Source: Ramlibacter sp. (GTDB lineage Bacteria; Pseudomonadota; Gammaproteobacteria; Burkholderiales; Burkholderiaceae_C). From it: a stretch of DNA of 32,478 bases. Below the pieces are notes generated by a model. The model did not search any database. It was given only the letters and a program-made list of their open reading frames with translations, and was not told where the DNA came from. Position numbers and translations under genes: made by a program. This document shows positions 1 to 10,709 of this stretch, in pieces (position 1 is the first letter of the stretch; each line of letters begins with the position of its first letter). Where the stretch lies: contig DATMBW010000446.1 of assembly GCA_035559095.1 (NCBI GenBank), positions 1 to 32,478 on the forward strand, written 5' to 3'.

Positions 1-82
1 TACCAGGACCGTGAAGGCGGACGACTGGCGGTGATTGACGCAGGGGTGCGGGAGGCCCCTGGCATTTGCTCATGAGCTGGCA

Positions 83-2881
83 TCAACCGGTGTTGCGCAG
101 CCCGGCCGCGATGCCGTTGATGGAAATGTGGATGCCGCGCCGGGACTGGTCGTCGATCTTGCCTTCGCGGTACCGGCGCACCAATTCGACCTGCAGGTGA
201 TGCAGCGGGTCGATGTACGGGAAGCGGTGGCGGATCGAGCGTTGCAGCGCGGGGTTGGTCGCCAGGCGCTGTTTCTCGCCGGTGATCGCCTGCAAGGCGT
301 CGACGGTGCGATGCCACTCCGCCTCGATCGTCGTGAAGATGCGCTTGCGCAACCGCGCGTCGCCGACCAGTTCGGCATAGCGCGAGGCCAATGCCAGGTC
401 GCTCTTGGCGAGCACCATGTCCATGTTGGACAGCAATGCGCCGAAAAATGGCCACTGCCGGTGCATTTTCCGCAGCAGGGCCAGCGCTTCCTGCCGGGAC
501 AGGGTGGGGTTTTCGTGCAGGAACCAATGCACGGCCGTGCCGAAGCCATACCACCCCGGCAAGGTCAGCCGGCACTGGCCCCAACTGAAGCTCCAGGGGA
601 TCGCCCGCAAATCCTCGATGCGCATGGTTGACTTGCGCGACGCCGGGCGCGAGCCGATGTTGAGTTCCGCGATCTCGCGGATCGGCGTGGAGCCGAAAAA
701 GTAATCGGTAAAACCGGGCGTCTCATAGACCAGCGCGCGGTAGGCGGCCATGCTGGCTTGCGACAGAGCCTCCGCCGCCGCCAGGAAGGCCCCGGGTGCT
801 GGCTTGGTCGGCTGCAGCAGCGTGGCCTCCAGCGTGGCGGCGACCAGGGTTTCCAGGTTGCGCCGGCCGATCTCCGGGTTGGCGTACTTGGAGCCGATCA
901 CTTCGCCCTGTTCGGTCAGGCGGATCTGGCCACGCACGGTGCCGGGGGGCTGTGCCAGGATCGCCTGGTAACTGGGGCCGCCGCCGCGGCCCACGGTGCC
1001 GCCGCGGCCGTGGAACATGCGCAGCCGGATGGAGGCGAGCTGGTCGAACAGCTCGACCAGCGCGATCTCGGCGCGGTACAGCTCCCAGTTGCTGGTGAAG
1101 ATGCCGCCGTCCTTGTTGCTGTCGCTGTAGCCCAGCATGATGTCCTGCTCGGCGCCGGAGCGCTGCACCAGGGCGGCAATGCCGGGCAGCCCATAGAACT
1201 CGCGCATGATGGTGGGCGCATTGCGCAGGTCCTCGATGGTTTCGAACAGGGGCACGACGATCAGGTCGGCCACCGCGTTGTCGTCGATCGTTCCGGTCAG
1301 CAGGCCCGCTTCCTTTTGCAGCAGCAGCACTTCAAGCAGGTCGCTGGCCGTCTCGGTGTGGCTGATGATGTAGTGGCGGATCGCCTGCGGGCCGAAGCGC
1401 TCACGCATTCGCCTGGCGGCTTCGAAAATCGCCAGTTCGCCGCGGGCGTGTTCCGAGTATCGGCCGCCGATCACGCGCAGGGGCCGCGCATCGGCCAGCA
1501 GCTTGAGCAGCAGCGCACGCCGCGCCGGTTCGCCCAACCTTGCGTAGTGGGGCTCGATGCGCGCCACCGACAGCAGTTCGGCGACCACCGCCTCGTGCTG
1601 GTCCGAACTTTGCCGCAGATCCACGGTGGCCAGGTGGAAGCCGAACACTTCCACGGCGCGGATCAGCGGATGCAGGCGCTGCTGCACCAGTGCCGTTCCA
1701 TGGTGAGCGAGCAGCGAGTCTTCGATGGCGTGCAGGTCCGCGAGGAAATCCTCGGCACGCAGGTAGGGGTTGCGCGGCGGCAGCGCGTGGCGCGCGGCGT
1801 CGCCACCCGTGAATTCCTTGAGGGTGGCGGCCAGCCGCGAGTACATCCCGGCCAGGGCGCGCCGGTAGGGCTCATCCAGCCGGTGCTGGTTGGTGTCCGG
1901 TGAACCGTCGGCGAGCGCCCGCATCTGCGGCGTGACGCCCACCAGCATCGCCGACAGGGACAGCTCGCCGCCCAGGTAGTGCACCTCGGTGAGGTAGTGG
2001 CGCAATGCCACCTCGCACTGTCGCCGCAGCGCGTACTCCAGCGTCTGGGCGCTGACGTTCGGGTTGCCGTCGCGGTCGCCGCCAATCCACTGGCCCATGC
2101 GCAGGAAGCTCGCGACCGGATGCTGGCCCAGTTCGCGCTCCAGCTCGGCGTAGATCTTGGGGATTTCGCGCAAGAACGTCGCTTCGTAATAGCTCAGCGC
2201 GTTCTCGATTTCGTCGGCCACGGCCAATTTGGTGAAGCGCAGCAGCCGCGTATGCCATAGCTGCAGCACGCGGGCGCGGACGTTCGCCTCGTTGGCGGCG
2301 AGTTCGCGCGGCGCCAGGGCGTCCTTGGGCAGTGCGTTGGCCTTGATCTCGTCGCGCTGGGTCAGCAGATTGGCGATGCCGCGCTCGGCGTCCAGGATGC
2401 TCTTGCGCTGGACCTCGGTCGGATGGGCCGTGAGCACCGGCGACACGTAGCTGTGCGCCAGCGCCTGCGACACGGCCTTGACGCCGATGCCGGCCCAGCG
2501 CAGCCGCGCCAGCGCCACCTCGATGCTGCCCTCCTGGGTGTCGCCGGCGCGCTCGTGGATGGCGCGGCGGCGGATGTGATGGCGGTCCTCGGCCAGGTTT
2601 GCCAGGTGGCTGAAATAGGTGAAGGCGCGGATCACGCTTACCGTCTGCTCGCCCGACAGCGACTTCAACAGGCTCTTGAGCGCCTTGTCGGCTTCATGGT
2701 CCGCATCCCGGCGGAATGCCACCGACAGCTTGCGGATGCGTTCGACCAGCTCATAGGCCTCGACCCCCTCCTGCTCGCGGATCACGTCGCCCAGGATGCG
2801 GCCCAGCAGCCGGATGTCCTCGACCAGGGGACGTTCGTTGTCCTTGGCGCGCCGCGATGGCGGTTGCGGGCTTGGCGGCAT
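83..2881 (-). CDS. ppc: Phosphoenolpyruvate carboxylase
   Basis: PEPC motifs [55 protein letters not shown] and C-terminal GLRNTG. Start moved from 2983 to ATG 2881, which follows a GAGGAG RBS. Confidence 0.97.
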   Translation of the reverse strand: MPPSPQPPSRRAKDNERPLVEDIRLLGRILGDVIREQEGVEAYELVERIRKLSVAFRRDADHEADKALKSLLKSLSGEQTVSVIRAFTYFSHLANLAEDRHHIRRRAIHERAGDTQEGSIEVALARLRWAGIGVKAVSQALAHSYVSPVLTAHPTEVQRKSILDAERGIANLLTQRDEIKANALPKDALAPRELAANEANVRARVLQLWHTRLLRFTKLAVADEIENALSYYEATFLREIPKIYAELERELGQHPVASFLRMGQWIGGDRDGNPNVSAQTLEYALRRQCEVALRHYLTEVHYLGGELSLSAMLVGVTPQMRALADGSPDTNQHRLDEPYRRALAGMYSRLAATLKEFTGGDAARHALPPRNPYLRAEDFLADLHAIEDSLLAHHGTALVQQRLHPLIRAVEVFGFHLATVDLRQSSDQHEAVVAELLSVARIEPHYARLGEPARRALLLKLLADARPLRVIGGRYSEHARGELAIFEAARRMRERFGPQAIRHYIISHTETASDLLEVLLLQKEAGLLTGTIDDNAVADLIVVPLFETIEDLRNAPTIMREFYGLPGIAALVQRSGAEQDIMLGYSDSNKDGGIFTSNWELYRAEIALVELFDQLASIRLRMFHGRGGTVGRGGGPSYQAILAQPPGTVRGQIRLTEQGEVIGSKYANPEIGRRNLETLVAATLEATLLQPTKPAPGAFLAAAEALSQASMAAYRALVYETPGFTDYFFGSTPIREIAELNIGSRPASRKSTMRIEDLRAIPWSFSWGQCRLTLPGWYGFGTAVHWFLHENPTLSRQEALALLRKMHRQWPFFGALLSNMDMVLAKSDLALASRYAELVGDARLRKRIFTTIEAEWHRTVDALQAITGEKQRLATNPALQRSIRHRFPYIDPLHHLQVELVRRYREGKIDDQSRRGIHISINGIAAGLRNTG

Positions 2882-2937
2882 CAGGTGGGGCTCCTCGCGT
2901 GCTGGGGCCGGAAGGCCCACGGTTTTAGGCAGCGTGC

Positions 2938-2947
2938 ATGCTAGCAT
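2938..2947. promoter_or_regulatory. Palindromic extended -10 element (ATGCTAGCAT), candidate bidirectional ppc/hemC promoter
   Basis: Perfect 10-bp palindrome reading TG-C-TAGCAT (TGnTAnnnT) on both strands, inside the ~100-bp divergent gap. Confidence 0.5.
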
Positions 2948-2982
2948 CGTCGTTTCCCCGGATTGATGTACAGGTGAGGACA

Positions 2983-3885
2983 TTGAGCAAGCTAGTTATC
3001 GCCACCCGCGAAAGCCGCCTCGCCCTGTGGCAGGCCGAGCACGTGAAAGCGCTGCTCGAGGAACGCGGCCATCAAGTCTCGCTGCTGGGCATGACCACGC
3101 GCGGCGACCAGATCCTGGACCGCAGCCTCAGCAAGGTGGGTGGCAAGGGGCTGTTCGTCAAGGAGCTGGAAGTGGCCCTGGAGGAAGGGCACGCCGACCT
3201 CGCGGTGCATTCGCTCAAGGACGTGCCCATGGATCTGCCCGAAGGCTTCGCCCTGGGCTGCGTCATGGAGCGCGAGGACCCGCGCGATGCGTTCGTCTCC
3301 GGCCGCTTCACCGCGTTCGCCGAGCTGCCGCAGGGCGCCGTGGTCGGCACCTCCAGCTTGCGCCGCGTCGTCCTGTTGCGCGCGCTGCGGCCGGATCTGA
3401 AGATCGAGCCACTGCGCGGCAATCTCGATACGCGCTTGCGCAAGCTCGACGAAGGCCGGTACGACGCCATCGTCCTCGCCGCAGCGGGTCTCAAACGGCT
3501 GGGCCTGGCGCAGCGCATCCGCCACGTGTTCGAGCCGGAACAGATGCTGCCTTCCGCGGGCCAGGGCGCCCTGGGCATCGAGGTGCGCGCCCACCGCACC
3601 GACCTGCTCGAGCTGCTGGCGCCGCTGTCGCACCAGGCCACCTGGCTGGCCGTGGCGGCGGAACGCGCCGTGAGCCGTGCCATGGGCGGCAGTTGCTCGA
3701 TGCCGCTGGCCGCCTACGCGACTTTCGCGGGGGAATACTTGCAGTTACGCGCCGCCTGGGGCGAGCCGGAGGGGTCGGCGGCCCTGGTTCGCGCCCAATC
3801 GGCCGCCGCCGCGGCTGACCTCACACAAGCGGCGGAGCTCGGCGCCGGCGTGGCGGCGCGGTTGCGCGCCGCGGGCGCCCACTGA
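2983..3885 (+). CDS. hemC: Hydroxymethylbilane synthase (porphobilinogen deaminase)
   Basis: [49 protein letters not shown] and cofactor Cys in GGSCSMP. Start uncertain (TTG 2983 or GTG 2974). Confidence 0.96.
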   Translation: MSKLVIATRESRLALWQAEHVKALLEERGHQVSLLGMTTRGDQILDRSLSKVGGKGLFVKELEVALEEGHADLAVHSLKDVPMDLPEGFALGCVMEREDPRDAFVSGRFTAFAELPQGAVVGTSSLRRVVLLRALRPDLKIEPLRGNLDTRLRKLDEGRYDAIVLAAAGLKRLGLAQRIRHVFEPEQMLPSAGQGALGIEVRAHRTDLLELLAPLSHQATWLAVAAERAVSRAMGGSCSMPLAAYATFAGEYLQLRAAWGEPEGSAALVRAQSAAAAADLTQAAELGAGVAARLRAAGAH

Positions 3886-3897
3886 CGCGGCCGCGTC

Positions 3898-4668
3898 ATG
3901 CGCGTTCTCGTGACCCGGCCCGAAAGCGAGGCGCGGCAGTGGGTGGAACGCCTGCGGGACCGCGGATTCGATGCGCAGGCGCTGCCGCTGATCGAAATTG
4001 CGCCGGTCACGGATGCCGCCGGCCTGCAGCGCGCATGGCAGCAGCTTGACCGCTACCGGGCCGTGATGTTCGTCAGTGGGAGCGCCGTGCGCCACTTCTT
4101 TGGCCGCATGCCCGATGGCGCGCGCTGGCCGGCACGCACGCGCGCCTGGTCACCGGGAACCGGAACACGCCAGGCATTGCTGGCAGCCGGAGTGGACCGC
4201 GAGCTGGTCGACGCCCCGCCGCCGCAGGCCGCGCAGTTCGATTCGGAAACACTTTGGGAGCAGGTCGCCGGCCAGGTGGCCGCCGGCCAGCAGGTGCTGA
4301 TCGTGCGAGGGGCGGATGCGCAGGGCGCAAGCAGCGGCCGCGATTGGCTGGCCGACCAGCTGGTGGCCTCGGGCGCGCAAGTGGAGGTCCTGGCGGCCTA
4401 TCGGCGGCAGCCGCCGCAGTGGACCGAGACGCAGCTGGCGCAGGCGCGGCAGTGGGGGAGTGCTCCAGGCTGCGTCTGGCTGTTCAGCAGCTCGCAGGCG
4501 ATCGGGCACCTGCAGGCGCTTTTGCCGGAACACGACTGGGCGCCCAGCCGCGCCGTGGCGACACACCCGCGCATCGCCCAGGCCGCGCGCAAGGCCGGCT
4601 TCGGTGTTGTTTGCGAGTCACGGCCTGCTCTGGACGCCGTAGTGGCGGCCCTAGAATCGATTCGATGA
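3898..4668 (+). CDS. hemD: Uroporphyrinogen-III synthase
   Basis: N-terminal MRVLVTRP, DSETL, AYRR, FSSS and HPRIA motifs; directly follows hemC. Confidence 0.92.
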   Translation: MRVLVTRPESEARQWVERLRDRGFDAQALPLIEIAPVTDAAGLQRAWQQLDRYRAVMFVSGSAVRHFFGRMPDGARWPARTRAWSPGTGTRQALLAAGVDRELVDAPPPQAAQFDSETLWEQVAGQVAAGQQVLIVRGADAQGASSGRDWLADQLVASGAQVEVLAAYRRQPPQWTETQLAQARQWGSAPGCVWLFSSSQAIGHLQALLPEHDWAPSRAVATHPRIAQAARKAGFGVVCESRPALDAVVAALESIR

Positions 4669-5741
4669 GTTCCGAGCCGTCGAGTCCGCCTGAATCCGTC
4701 GAAAGCCAGGTTCCTGCCTTGGACGTCGCCGATGCGAAGGAGCGGCAGCGGCCGCAAGGCGTGCTGGTGGCGCGAGGCCTGATTTATTTTTTCCTCGCCA
4801 TCGCCGGGCTGGCCTTGGCGCTCAGCGGGATCCTGTGGCAGAAGCTTTCAAACATCCAGGAACAGCTCGCGCGCCAGAGCCAGGAAGCGGGCGGCAATGC
4901 GATCGAGGCCCGCGCGCTGGCGCGGCAGGCGCAACAACTGGCGCAGGAAATCGCGGCGCGCCAGGCCCTTGCCGAATCCCGGCTGGGCGAGGTGGCCTTG
5001 CAGCGCACCCAGGTGGAGGAACTGATTCAAAGCCTCTCGAGATCGCGTGACGAGAACCTGGTGGTCGATATCGAATCGAGCCTGCGCCTGGCCCAGCAGC
5101 AGGCGCAGCTGACGGGTAGCGCCGAGCCCCTGCTGGCCGAGTTGCGCAGCGCCGACAAGCGGCTGGAGCGGGCCGCGCAGCCCCGGCTGTCGCGCGTGCG
5201 CGCGGCCATCGCACGCGATATCGACAGGGTGCGCGCCGCGAGCGTGACTGACGTTCCGGGGCTGCTGGTCAAGCTCGACGAACTGGCGCGGCTGATCGAC
5301 GAGCTGCCGGTGGCCAACGCCGTGGCCGGCACGGGCACTGCCGGCGCAGTGCGAAAACAGGCGCCGCCGGCGCGGCTTGCGTGGTGGGAAACCATTCTTG
5401 CGGAAATTCGCGATGAGGCGCGCAGCCTGGTGCGGGTCAGCCGCATCGATCAGCCTGATGCCGTGCTGCTCGCGCCCGAGCAGGCCTTCTTCCTGCGCGA
5501 AAACCTCAAGTTCAAGCTGCTCAATGCGCGGCTGGGACTGTTGTCGCGGCAGACCGACTCGGCGCGCGCGGACATCGCCGCGGCGACGTCCGCCTTGCGC
5601 AAGTATTTCGACCCTTCGGCGCGCAAGACGCAAGTCGCCGCCAACCTGCTTCAGCAGGTGCAGGCCCAGCTGCGTGCGGTGGAATTGCCGCGGATCGATG
5701 AAACTCTCGCCGTTCTGGCCACAGCGGCAGCGGGGCGATAG
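4665..5741 (+). CDS. hemX: HemX family membrane protein
   Basis: ATGA overlap with the hemD stop; single N-terminal TM helix plus coiled coil; LLAPEQAFFLRENLKFKLLNARLGLL motif; hemCDXY synteny. Confidence 0.88.
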   Translation: MSSEPSSPPESVESQVPALDVADAKERQRPQGVLVARGLIYFFLAIAGLALALSGILWQKLSNIQEQLARQSQEAGGNAIEARALARQAQQLAQEIAARQALAESRLGEVALQRTQVEELIQSLSRSRDENLVVDIESSLRLAQQQAQLTGSAEPLLAELRSADKRLERAAQPRLSRVRAAIARDIDRVRAASVTDVPGLLVKLDELARLIDELPVANAVAGTGTAGAVRKQAPPARLAWWETILAEIRDEARSLVRVSRIDQPDAVLLAPEQAFFLRENLKFKLLNARLGLLSRQTDSARADIAAATSALRKYFDPSARKTQVAANLLQQVQAQLRAVELPRIDETLAVLATAAAGR

Positions 5742-5825
5742 GATGAAAAGCCCCCGCGCTTGCGATGTTCGTTGCCCCCCGGGACTCGGTCCCATGGCTC
5801 CAATTCGGCCGGGCGGGCACTGATG
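5742..5825 (+). repeat. Interspersed element copy A (hemX-hemY junction) with 26-aa bridging ORF 5743-5823
   Basis: Core AGCCCCCGCGCTTGCG...CGTTGCCCCCCGGG...GGCTCCA resembles the copies at ~20.3 kb and ~28.3 kb; flanked by GATG direct repeats at 5742 and 5822. Confidence 0.65.
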
Positions 5826-7076
5826 CGCGCCGCGCTCTGGCTCCTGGCCCTGTTCGGCGTGGCCGTCGCCATCGCGCTGTTCGCGGGCAACAACCAGGGC
5901 ACGGTCACCGTATTCTGGCCGCCCTACCGCGTGGACCTGTCACTGAACCTCGTGTTGCTGTTGCTGTTCGCGGCGTTCGTATTCCTGCACGCCGCGCTTG
6001 GCGCGCTGGCGGCGCTGTTCGACCTGCCGCGCCAGGCGTTGCGCTGGCGTTCGCTGCAGAAGGAGCGCGCCATGCACGGCTCGCTGCTCGATTCGCTCTC
6101 GCACTTGCTGGCCGGCCGTTTCATTCGTGCCCGCAAATCGGCCGAAGCCGCCCTCGGCCAGGAGAAATCGCTGGCCGGCGGCGGGCAGAGCCCGGCCAAC
6201 GCGGCGCAGGTGCGCACACTGGCGCATCTGCTGGCAGCGGAAAGCGCGCAGGCGCTGCAGGACCGGCCCGCGCGGGAAGAACACCTGAAACTGGCGCTGG
6301 AACAGGCGTCGTCGCGGGACGCGCAGGAAACGCATGAGGGTGCCTTGATGCGCGCGGCACGCTGGTCGCTGGACGATCGCGAGCCCCAGACCGCGATGGC
6401 GTGGCTCAGGGGCCTGCCGCAAGGCGCGGCTCGCCGCACCGTCGCGCTGCGGATGAAACTCAAGGCGGCGCGCCTGACCCGGCAGACCGCCGAAGCGCTC
6501 GAAACGGCGCGCTTGTTGTCCAAGCACCGGGCATTCTCGGCTACCGCGGCCGAGAGCCTCGTGCGGGGGCTGGCGATCGACCTGCTCAACGACGCGCACG
6601 ACGTGGCGCAACTGCAGCGCGCCTGGAGTTGCCTGGAGCCCGGCGAACGCCTGATGCCCGAGCTGGCGATCCACGCCGCGCAGCGGCTCACCACGCTCGG
6701 TGGCGATGCCCAGCTGGCGCGCGACTGGTTGCTGCCGGTGTGGGAACGCCAGGCGGAAATGGGCGAAAACCTGAAGGTGAAACTGGTTCGCGCGCTCGAA
6801 GCCGGTCTGGACAGCTTCGACGGCGCTTGGCTGGCCCGCATCGAAGCGGCGCAAAAAGCGAACCCACGCGAAGCCACTCTCCAATATCTCGCCGGCATGG
6901 CCTGCATGAAGCGCCAGCTCTGGGGCAAGGCGCAGCAGCTGATGAGCCAGGCGGCCATGGGACTGAAGGATGCGAAGCTGCACCGCAACGCCTGGCGCGC
7001 ACTGGCGCTGCTGGCCGAGGAGCGCGGCGACGATGAGGCCGCCGCCCAGGCCTGGAAGCGGGCGGCCAGCGAGTAG
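5823..7076 (+). CDS. hemY: HemY family TPR-like membrane protein
   Basis: N-terminal TM segments with NNQGTVTVFWPPYRVDLSLN, helical repeat body, QLWGKA motif; synteny. Start set at ATG 5823. Confidence 0.88.
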   Translation: MRAALWLLALFGVAVAIALFAGNNQGTVTVFWPPYRVDLSLNLVLLLLFAAFVFLHAALGALAALFDLPRQALRWRSLQKERAMHGSLLDSLSHLLAGRFIRARKSAEAALGQEKSLAGGGQSPANAAQVRTLAHLLAAESAQALQDRPAREEHLKLALEQASSRDAQETHEGALMRAARWSLDDREPQTAMAWLRGLPQGAARRTVALRMKLKAARLTRQTAEALETARLLSKHRAFSATAAESLVRGLAIDLLNDAHDVAQLQRAWSCLEPGERLMPELAIHAAQRLTTLGGDAQLARDWLLPVWERQAEMGENLKVKLVRALEAGLDSFDGAWLARIEAAQKANPREATLQYLAGMACMKRQLWGKAQQLMSQAAMGLKDAKLHRNAWRALALLAEERGDDEAAAQAWKRAASE

Positions 7077-7124
7077 GGCCCGTTCCCAGGCCGCGCCGCG
7101 CCGGCCAACTCGCGCCGGACTTTC

Positions 7125-10100
7125 TTATTGCAGCGGCAGGCTGCTCTGCTCGAACGGCAGTTTGAGCTCGCGCAAGTCGCGCCTTGTTTCGACCAGCACC
7201 AGCGGACCTTCGTCGATCACGATGGCCGGCGGCCGCTCGCGCGGCACGCGGACGGGCTTGGGTTCGGCCGCGATGGCCGCTTGCGCGGCTGCGATCTTCT
7301 GCGCGTCCGAATTGACCCATTGCAGGCCGGAAGTTTCGGCCACCTGAAGCAAATCCTCGATCGGCAGTTCGAAGGGCTGGACCTTGGGCAGGCCGCGGGC
7401 GGCCGGCGCGACTTCGATCTCGGGCTTTGGTGACGGCGCAGCCGCGGCGTTCGCGACCGCGACTTCCGCCTCCTCGCTCACGAAGCCGGTCGGGTAACGC
7501 GGGCGCTCGCTGCGCTCCGGCGCCATCTCGTCGGCCGGCGCCACCGGCGCGCCTGTGTCGTCCTCGCGCGGCTGGCGATCGCCACGCTCGCGCCGGTCGC
7601 GGCCGTAGCGGTCGCGCGAGCGGCGGTCGCGCCGCTCGTCGCCCTCCTGTGCTTCGGGAGTCCGCGCATCCTGGTGGGTGTGTGACTCGAGAACGGCGTC
7701 GGTCGCGGGGGCCTGCTGGTCGCCCATCTCTGCTACCACCCCCACCGACGAGGCCGCGCCGGCCAGCGCTGCGGCTTCGGCAGTTTCACCGGCCACCGAC
7801 GGCTCGCGCGGGCCGCGCTCGCCGCGCCGGTCGCCACGGCGGCCGTCCCCGCGCTCGCGCCTGCCGTCGCCGCGTTCCCCGCGTTCGCCGCGCGGCGGAC
7901 GCTCCTGGCGCTGTTCCACGCCCTCGGCGCCGACTTGCAGGTTTGCGGTCGTGCCTTCGACGCCGCGTTGCTCGCCGTCACGGCGCTCGCGTTGTCCCTG
8001 GCGTTCGCCCCGGCCTTCACCGCGGCCTTCACGCGGCTCACGCTCGCCCCGGCCGTCGCCGCGTTCCTGCCGATCACCACGGCGCTGCTCGCCGTCGCGC
8101 TGGCGGCCGACTTCGGCAGTGCGCTGTTCGCCATCGCGGCCACGCCCGCCTTCCGGACGCGGCTGGCCATCGGCAGCCTCGGCGCGCGCTTCCCGTTCGC
8201 GGCGCTGCTCGCCGTCGCGACCACGCCCTTCACCGCGGCGTCCGTCACGGCGCTCGCCGTCTCGCCCACGCCCGCCGCGACGCCCTTCACCGCGGCCGTC
8301 GCCGCGGCCTTCACCGCGGGCTTCGCGCTTGTCTTCCTTCCTGGCTTCGACCACCGGCGCGGGCGCGGCCACAGGTGCCGGGGCAACCCCGAACAGGCCC
8401 TTGATCCACGCCATGAAGCCATGCTCGGCCGGGGCCGGCGTCGGTGCCGGCTTCGGTGCCGGCGCCCGTGCGGCGGCGGGCTTGGCCGGCTCGGCCTTGG
8501 CCGGGGCCGGGGCCGGCCGGACCTCCGCGATCGGGGCCGGCGCATCCGGCAGCACACCTTTGATCACGGGCTCCTGCTTGTTGCTGCGTTCGTGTGTGCG
8601 CCGCGTGACCGTGGTCGGATCCTCGATCTCCTCGGCCATGTGGTAGCTGGCCTGCAAGTTGTCCAGGCGCGGGTCGTCGTGCTTGAGCCGTTCGAGCCGG
8701 TAGTTGGGCGTCTCCAGGGTCTTGTTGGGCACCATGATCACGTTCAGGCGCTGCTTGAGCTCGATCTTCGCGATTTCGGTGCGTTTTTCGTTGAGCAGGA
8801 ACGACGCCACTTCCACCGGCACTTGCACGTGCACGGCGGCCGTGCCGTCCTTCATCGATTCTTCCTGGATGATCCGCAGGATCTGCAGCGCCGAGCTTTC
8901 CGTGTCGCGGATGTGGCCGTGGCCGCCGCAGCGCGGGCAGGGAATGGACGCCCCCTCGGATAGCGCCGGGCGCAGGCGCTGGCGGCTCATTTCCATCAGG
9001 CCGAATTTGCTGATGGTGCCGAATTGCACGCGTGCGCGGTCCTGGCGCAGCGCGTCGCGCAGGCGGTTTTCCACCTCGCGGCGGTTGCGCGATTCTTCCA
9101 TGTCGATGAAATCGATGACGATCAGGCCGCCCAGGTCGCGCAGGCGCATCTGGCGCGCCACCTCGTCGGCGGCTTCCAGGTTGGTGCGGGTGGCGGTTTC
9201 CTCGATGTCGCCGCCCTTGATGGCGCGGGCCGAGTTCACGTCGATCGACACGAGCGCTTCGGTGTGGTCGATCACGACCACGCCGCCGGACGGCAGCTTG
9301 ACTTCACGCGCGTAGGCCGATTCGATCTGGTGCTCGATCTGGAAGCGCGAGAACAGCGGCGCATCGTCGCGGTAGCGCTTGACGCGAGCGGCGTGTTCGG
9401 GCATCACGTGCGCCATGAACTGCTGGGCCTGCTCGTAGATGTCGTCGGTGTCGATCAGGATGTCGCCGATGTCATGATTGAAGTAGTCGCGGATCGCGCG
9501 GATCACCAGCGAGGACTCCTGGTAGATCAGGAAGGCGCCCTTGCCGCCCTTGGCCGCGCCGTCGATCGCGTTCCACAGCTTGAGCAGGTAGTTCAGGTCC
9601 CACTGCAGCTCCGGCGCGCTGCGGCCGATGCCGGCCGTGCGGGCGATGATGGACATGCCGTTCGGATACTCGAGCTGGTCCATCGCTTCCTTGAGCTCGG
9701 CCCGGTCATCGCCCTCGATTCGGCGCGAAACGCCACCGCCACGCGGGTTGTTGGGCATCAGCACCACATAACGCCCGGCCAGCGAAACGAACGTGGTAAG
9801 GGCCGCGCCCTTGTTGCCGCGCTCTTCCTTTTCGACCTGGACCAGCAGCTCCTGGCCTTCCTTGATGACGTCGTTGATACGGGCCTGCGAGACCGACACC
9901 CCCTGGGTGAAATACGACTTGGAAATTTCCTTGAACGGCAAAAAGCCGTGGCGGTCTTCGCCGTAATCGACGAAGCAGGCCTCCAGCGAAGGCTCGACCC
10001 GCGTCACCACGGCTTTGTAGATATTGCCCTTGCGCTGTTCGCGCCCTTCGATTTCGATTTCATAGTCGAGGAGTTTTTGTCCATCGACGATTGCCAGCCG

Positions 10101-10142
10101 GCGTTCTTCCGCCTGCGTGGCGTTGATCAGCATGCGCTTCAT
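7125..10142 (-). CDS. rne: Ribonuclease E
   Basis: MKRMLINAT start after AAGGAAGG RBS; S1 domain; [23 protein letters not shown]; Zn-link CPRC; amphipathic [11 protein letters not shown]; long R/E/G-rich disordered C-terminal half. Confidence 0.98.
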   Translation of the reverse strand: MKRMLINATQAEERRLAIVDGQKLLDYEIEIEGREQRKGNIYKAVVTRVEPSLEACFVDYGEDRHGFLPFKEISKSYFTQGVSVSQARINDVIKEGQELLVQVEKEERGNKGAALTTFVSLAGRYVVLMPNNPRGGGVSRRIEGDDRAELKEAMDQLEYPNGMSIIARTAGIGRSAPELQWDLNYLLKLWNAIDGAAKGGKGAFLIYQESSLVIRAIRDYFNHDIGDILIDTDDIYEQAQQFMAHVMPEHAARVKRYRDDAPLFSRFQIEHQIESAYAREVKLPSGGVVVIDHTEALVSIDVNSARAIKGGDIEETATRTNLEAADEVARQMRLRDLGGLIVIDFIDMEESRNRREVENRLRDALRQDRARVQFGTISKFGLMEMSRQRLRPALSEGASIPCPRCGGHGHIRDTESSALQILRIIQEESMKDGTAAVHVQVPVEVASFLLNEKRTEIAKIELKQRLNVIMVPNKTLETPNYRLERLKHDDPRLDNLQASYHMAEEIEDPTTVTRRTHERSNKQEPVIKGVLPDAPAPIAEVRPAPAPAKAEPAKPAAARAPAPKPAPTPAPAEHGFMAWIKGLFGVAPAPVAAPAPVVEARKEDKREARGEGRGDGRGEGRRGGRGRDGERRDGRRGEGRGRDGEQRREREARAEAADGQPRPEGGRGRDGEQRTAEVGRQRDGEQRRGDRQERGDGRGEREPREGRGEGRGERQGQRERRDGEQRGVEGTTANLQVGAEGVEQRQERPPRGERGERGDGRRERGDGRRGDRRGERGPREPSVAGETAEAAALAGAASSVGVVAEMGDQQAPATDAVLESHTHQDARTPEAQEGDERRDRRSRDRYGRDRRERGDRQPREDDTGAPVAPADEMAPERSERPRYPTGFVSEEAEVAVANAAAAPSPKPEIEVAPAARGLPKVQPFELPIEDLLQVAETSGLQWVNSDAQKIAAAQAAIAAEPKPVRVPRERPPAIVIDEGPLVLVETRRDLRELKLPFEQSSLPLQ

Positions 10143-10683
10143 GGCGTCACCTTCCTTCTTCTTGATTTGTTGCGACAGGGCGGATTGCATGCAATCGCGA
10201 CCTGTCCCCCCAAGTCAAACGAGACCCCTGCGGGTCAACGATGCCTGGCAGACGCCTTGAAACGAACGGAACGGGCCGGCAAGCGGCGGCTGCGGAGGGC
10301 TAACTCAGCAGGCGCGGCAAGGGCGTTTGGATGGGGGCGAAGAACGCGCCACCATAGCGGCGGCACTGAGGCGCTGCAGATCGTGCAGCGTATCCGGTCC
10401 GCACGGGACGGACCGTCGGCGATGCAAAGCCCTCAGCCGGGGCTATGAGCCACCGCCAGCAGGCCATGAAGATCGCCATCAACACAGGAGTTCTCGCTTT
10501 GATCCGTCCGCAAGCGTCGGGCTCGCGGACTGGTATTCCGTATCAGTGTTTCAAAGTGCCGGCTTGGCCGCGACCTTGGCGGGCCATTGCCGGCATCTGG
10601 CTGGCAATCTGCGCGCGAGGAGTCACGGTGGCATCGACCTTCCAGCGTGGCCGGTGGCAGTGCGTGGACTAAACTCCAAGGCA

Positions 10684-10696
10684 AATCAACCACTTA
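10684..10696 (+). promoter_or_regulatory. Putative IHF binding site
   Basis: AATCAACCACTTA matches WATCAANNNNTTR exactly, in the rne/rluC divergent region. Confidence 0.5.
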
Positions 10697-10709
10697 CAGC
10701 GTAACGCTA

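Noticed and set aside
1-83. Possible minus-strand gene starting at ATG 83 (TGATG overlap with the ppc stop) and running off the window
   Set aside because: Only ~27 codons are visible with no recognisable motif, so it cannot be supported or named.
758-1903. Long antisense or alternate-frame ORFs (e.g. 758-1903, 9024-10448, 26484-27833, 28201-29676)
   Set aside because: Shadow ORFs of well-supported genes, expected from high GC codon bias; no family motifs.
4254-4664. Apparent N-terminal extension of hemX or a hemD-hemX fusion
   Set aside because: It overlaps hemD in another frame; hemD has its own stop and hemX starts at the ATGA overlap at 4665.
7077-7124. GC-rich spacer between convergent hemY and rne as a terminator or another repeat copy
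   Set aside because: No clean stem with a U-tract and no TGCCCCCC core.
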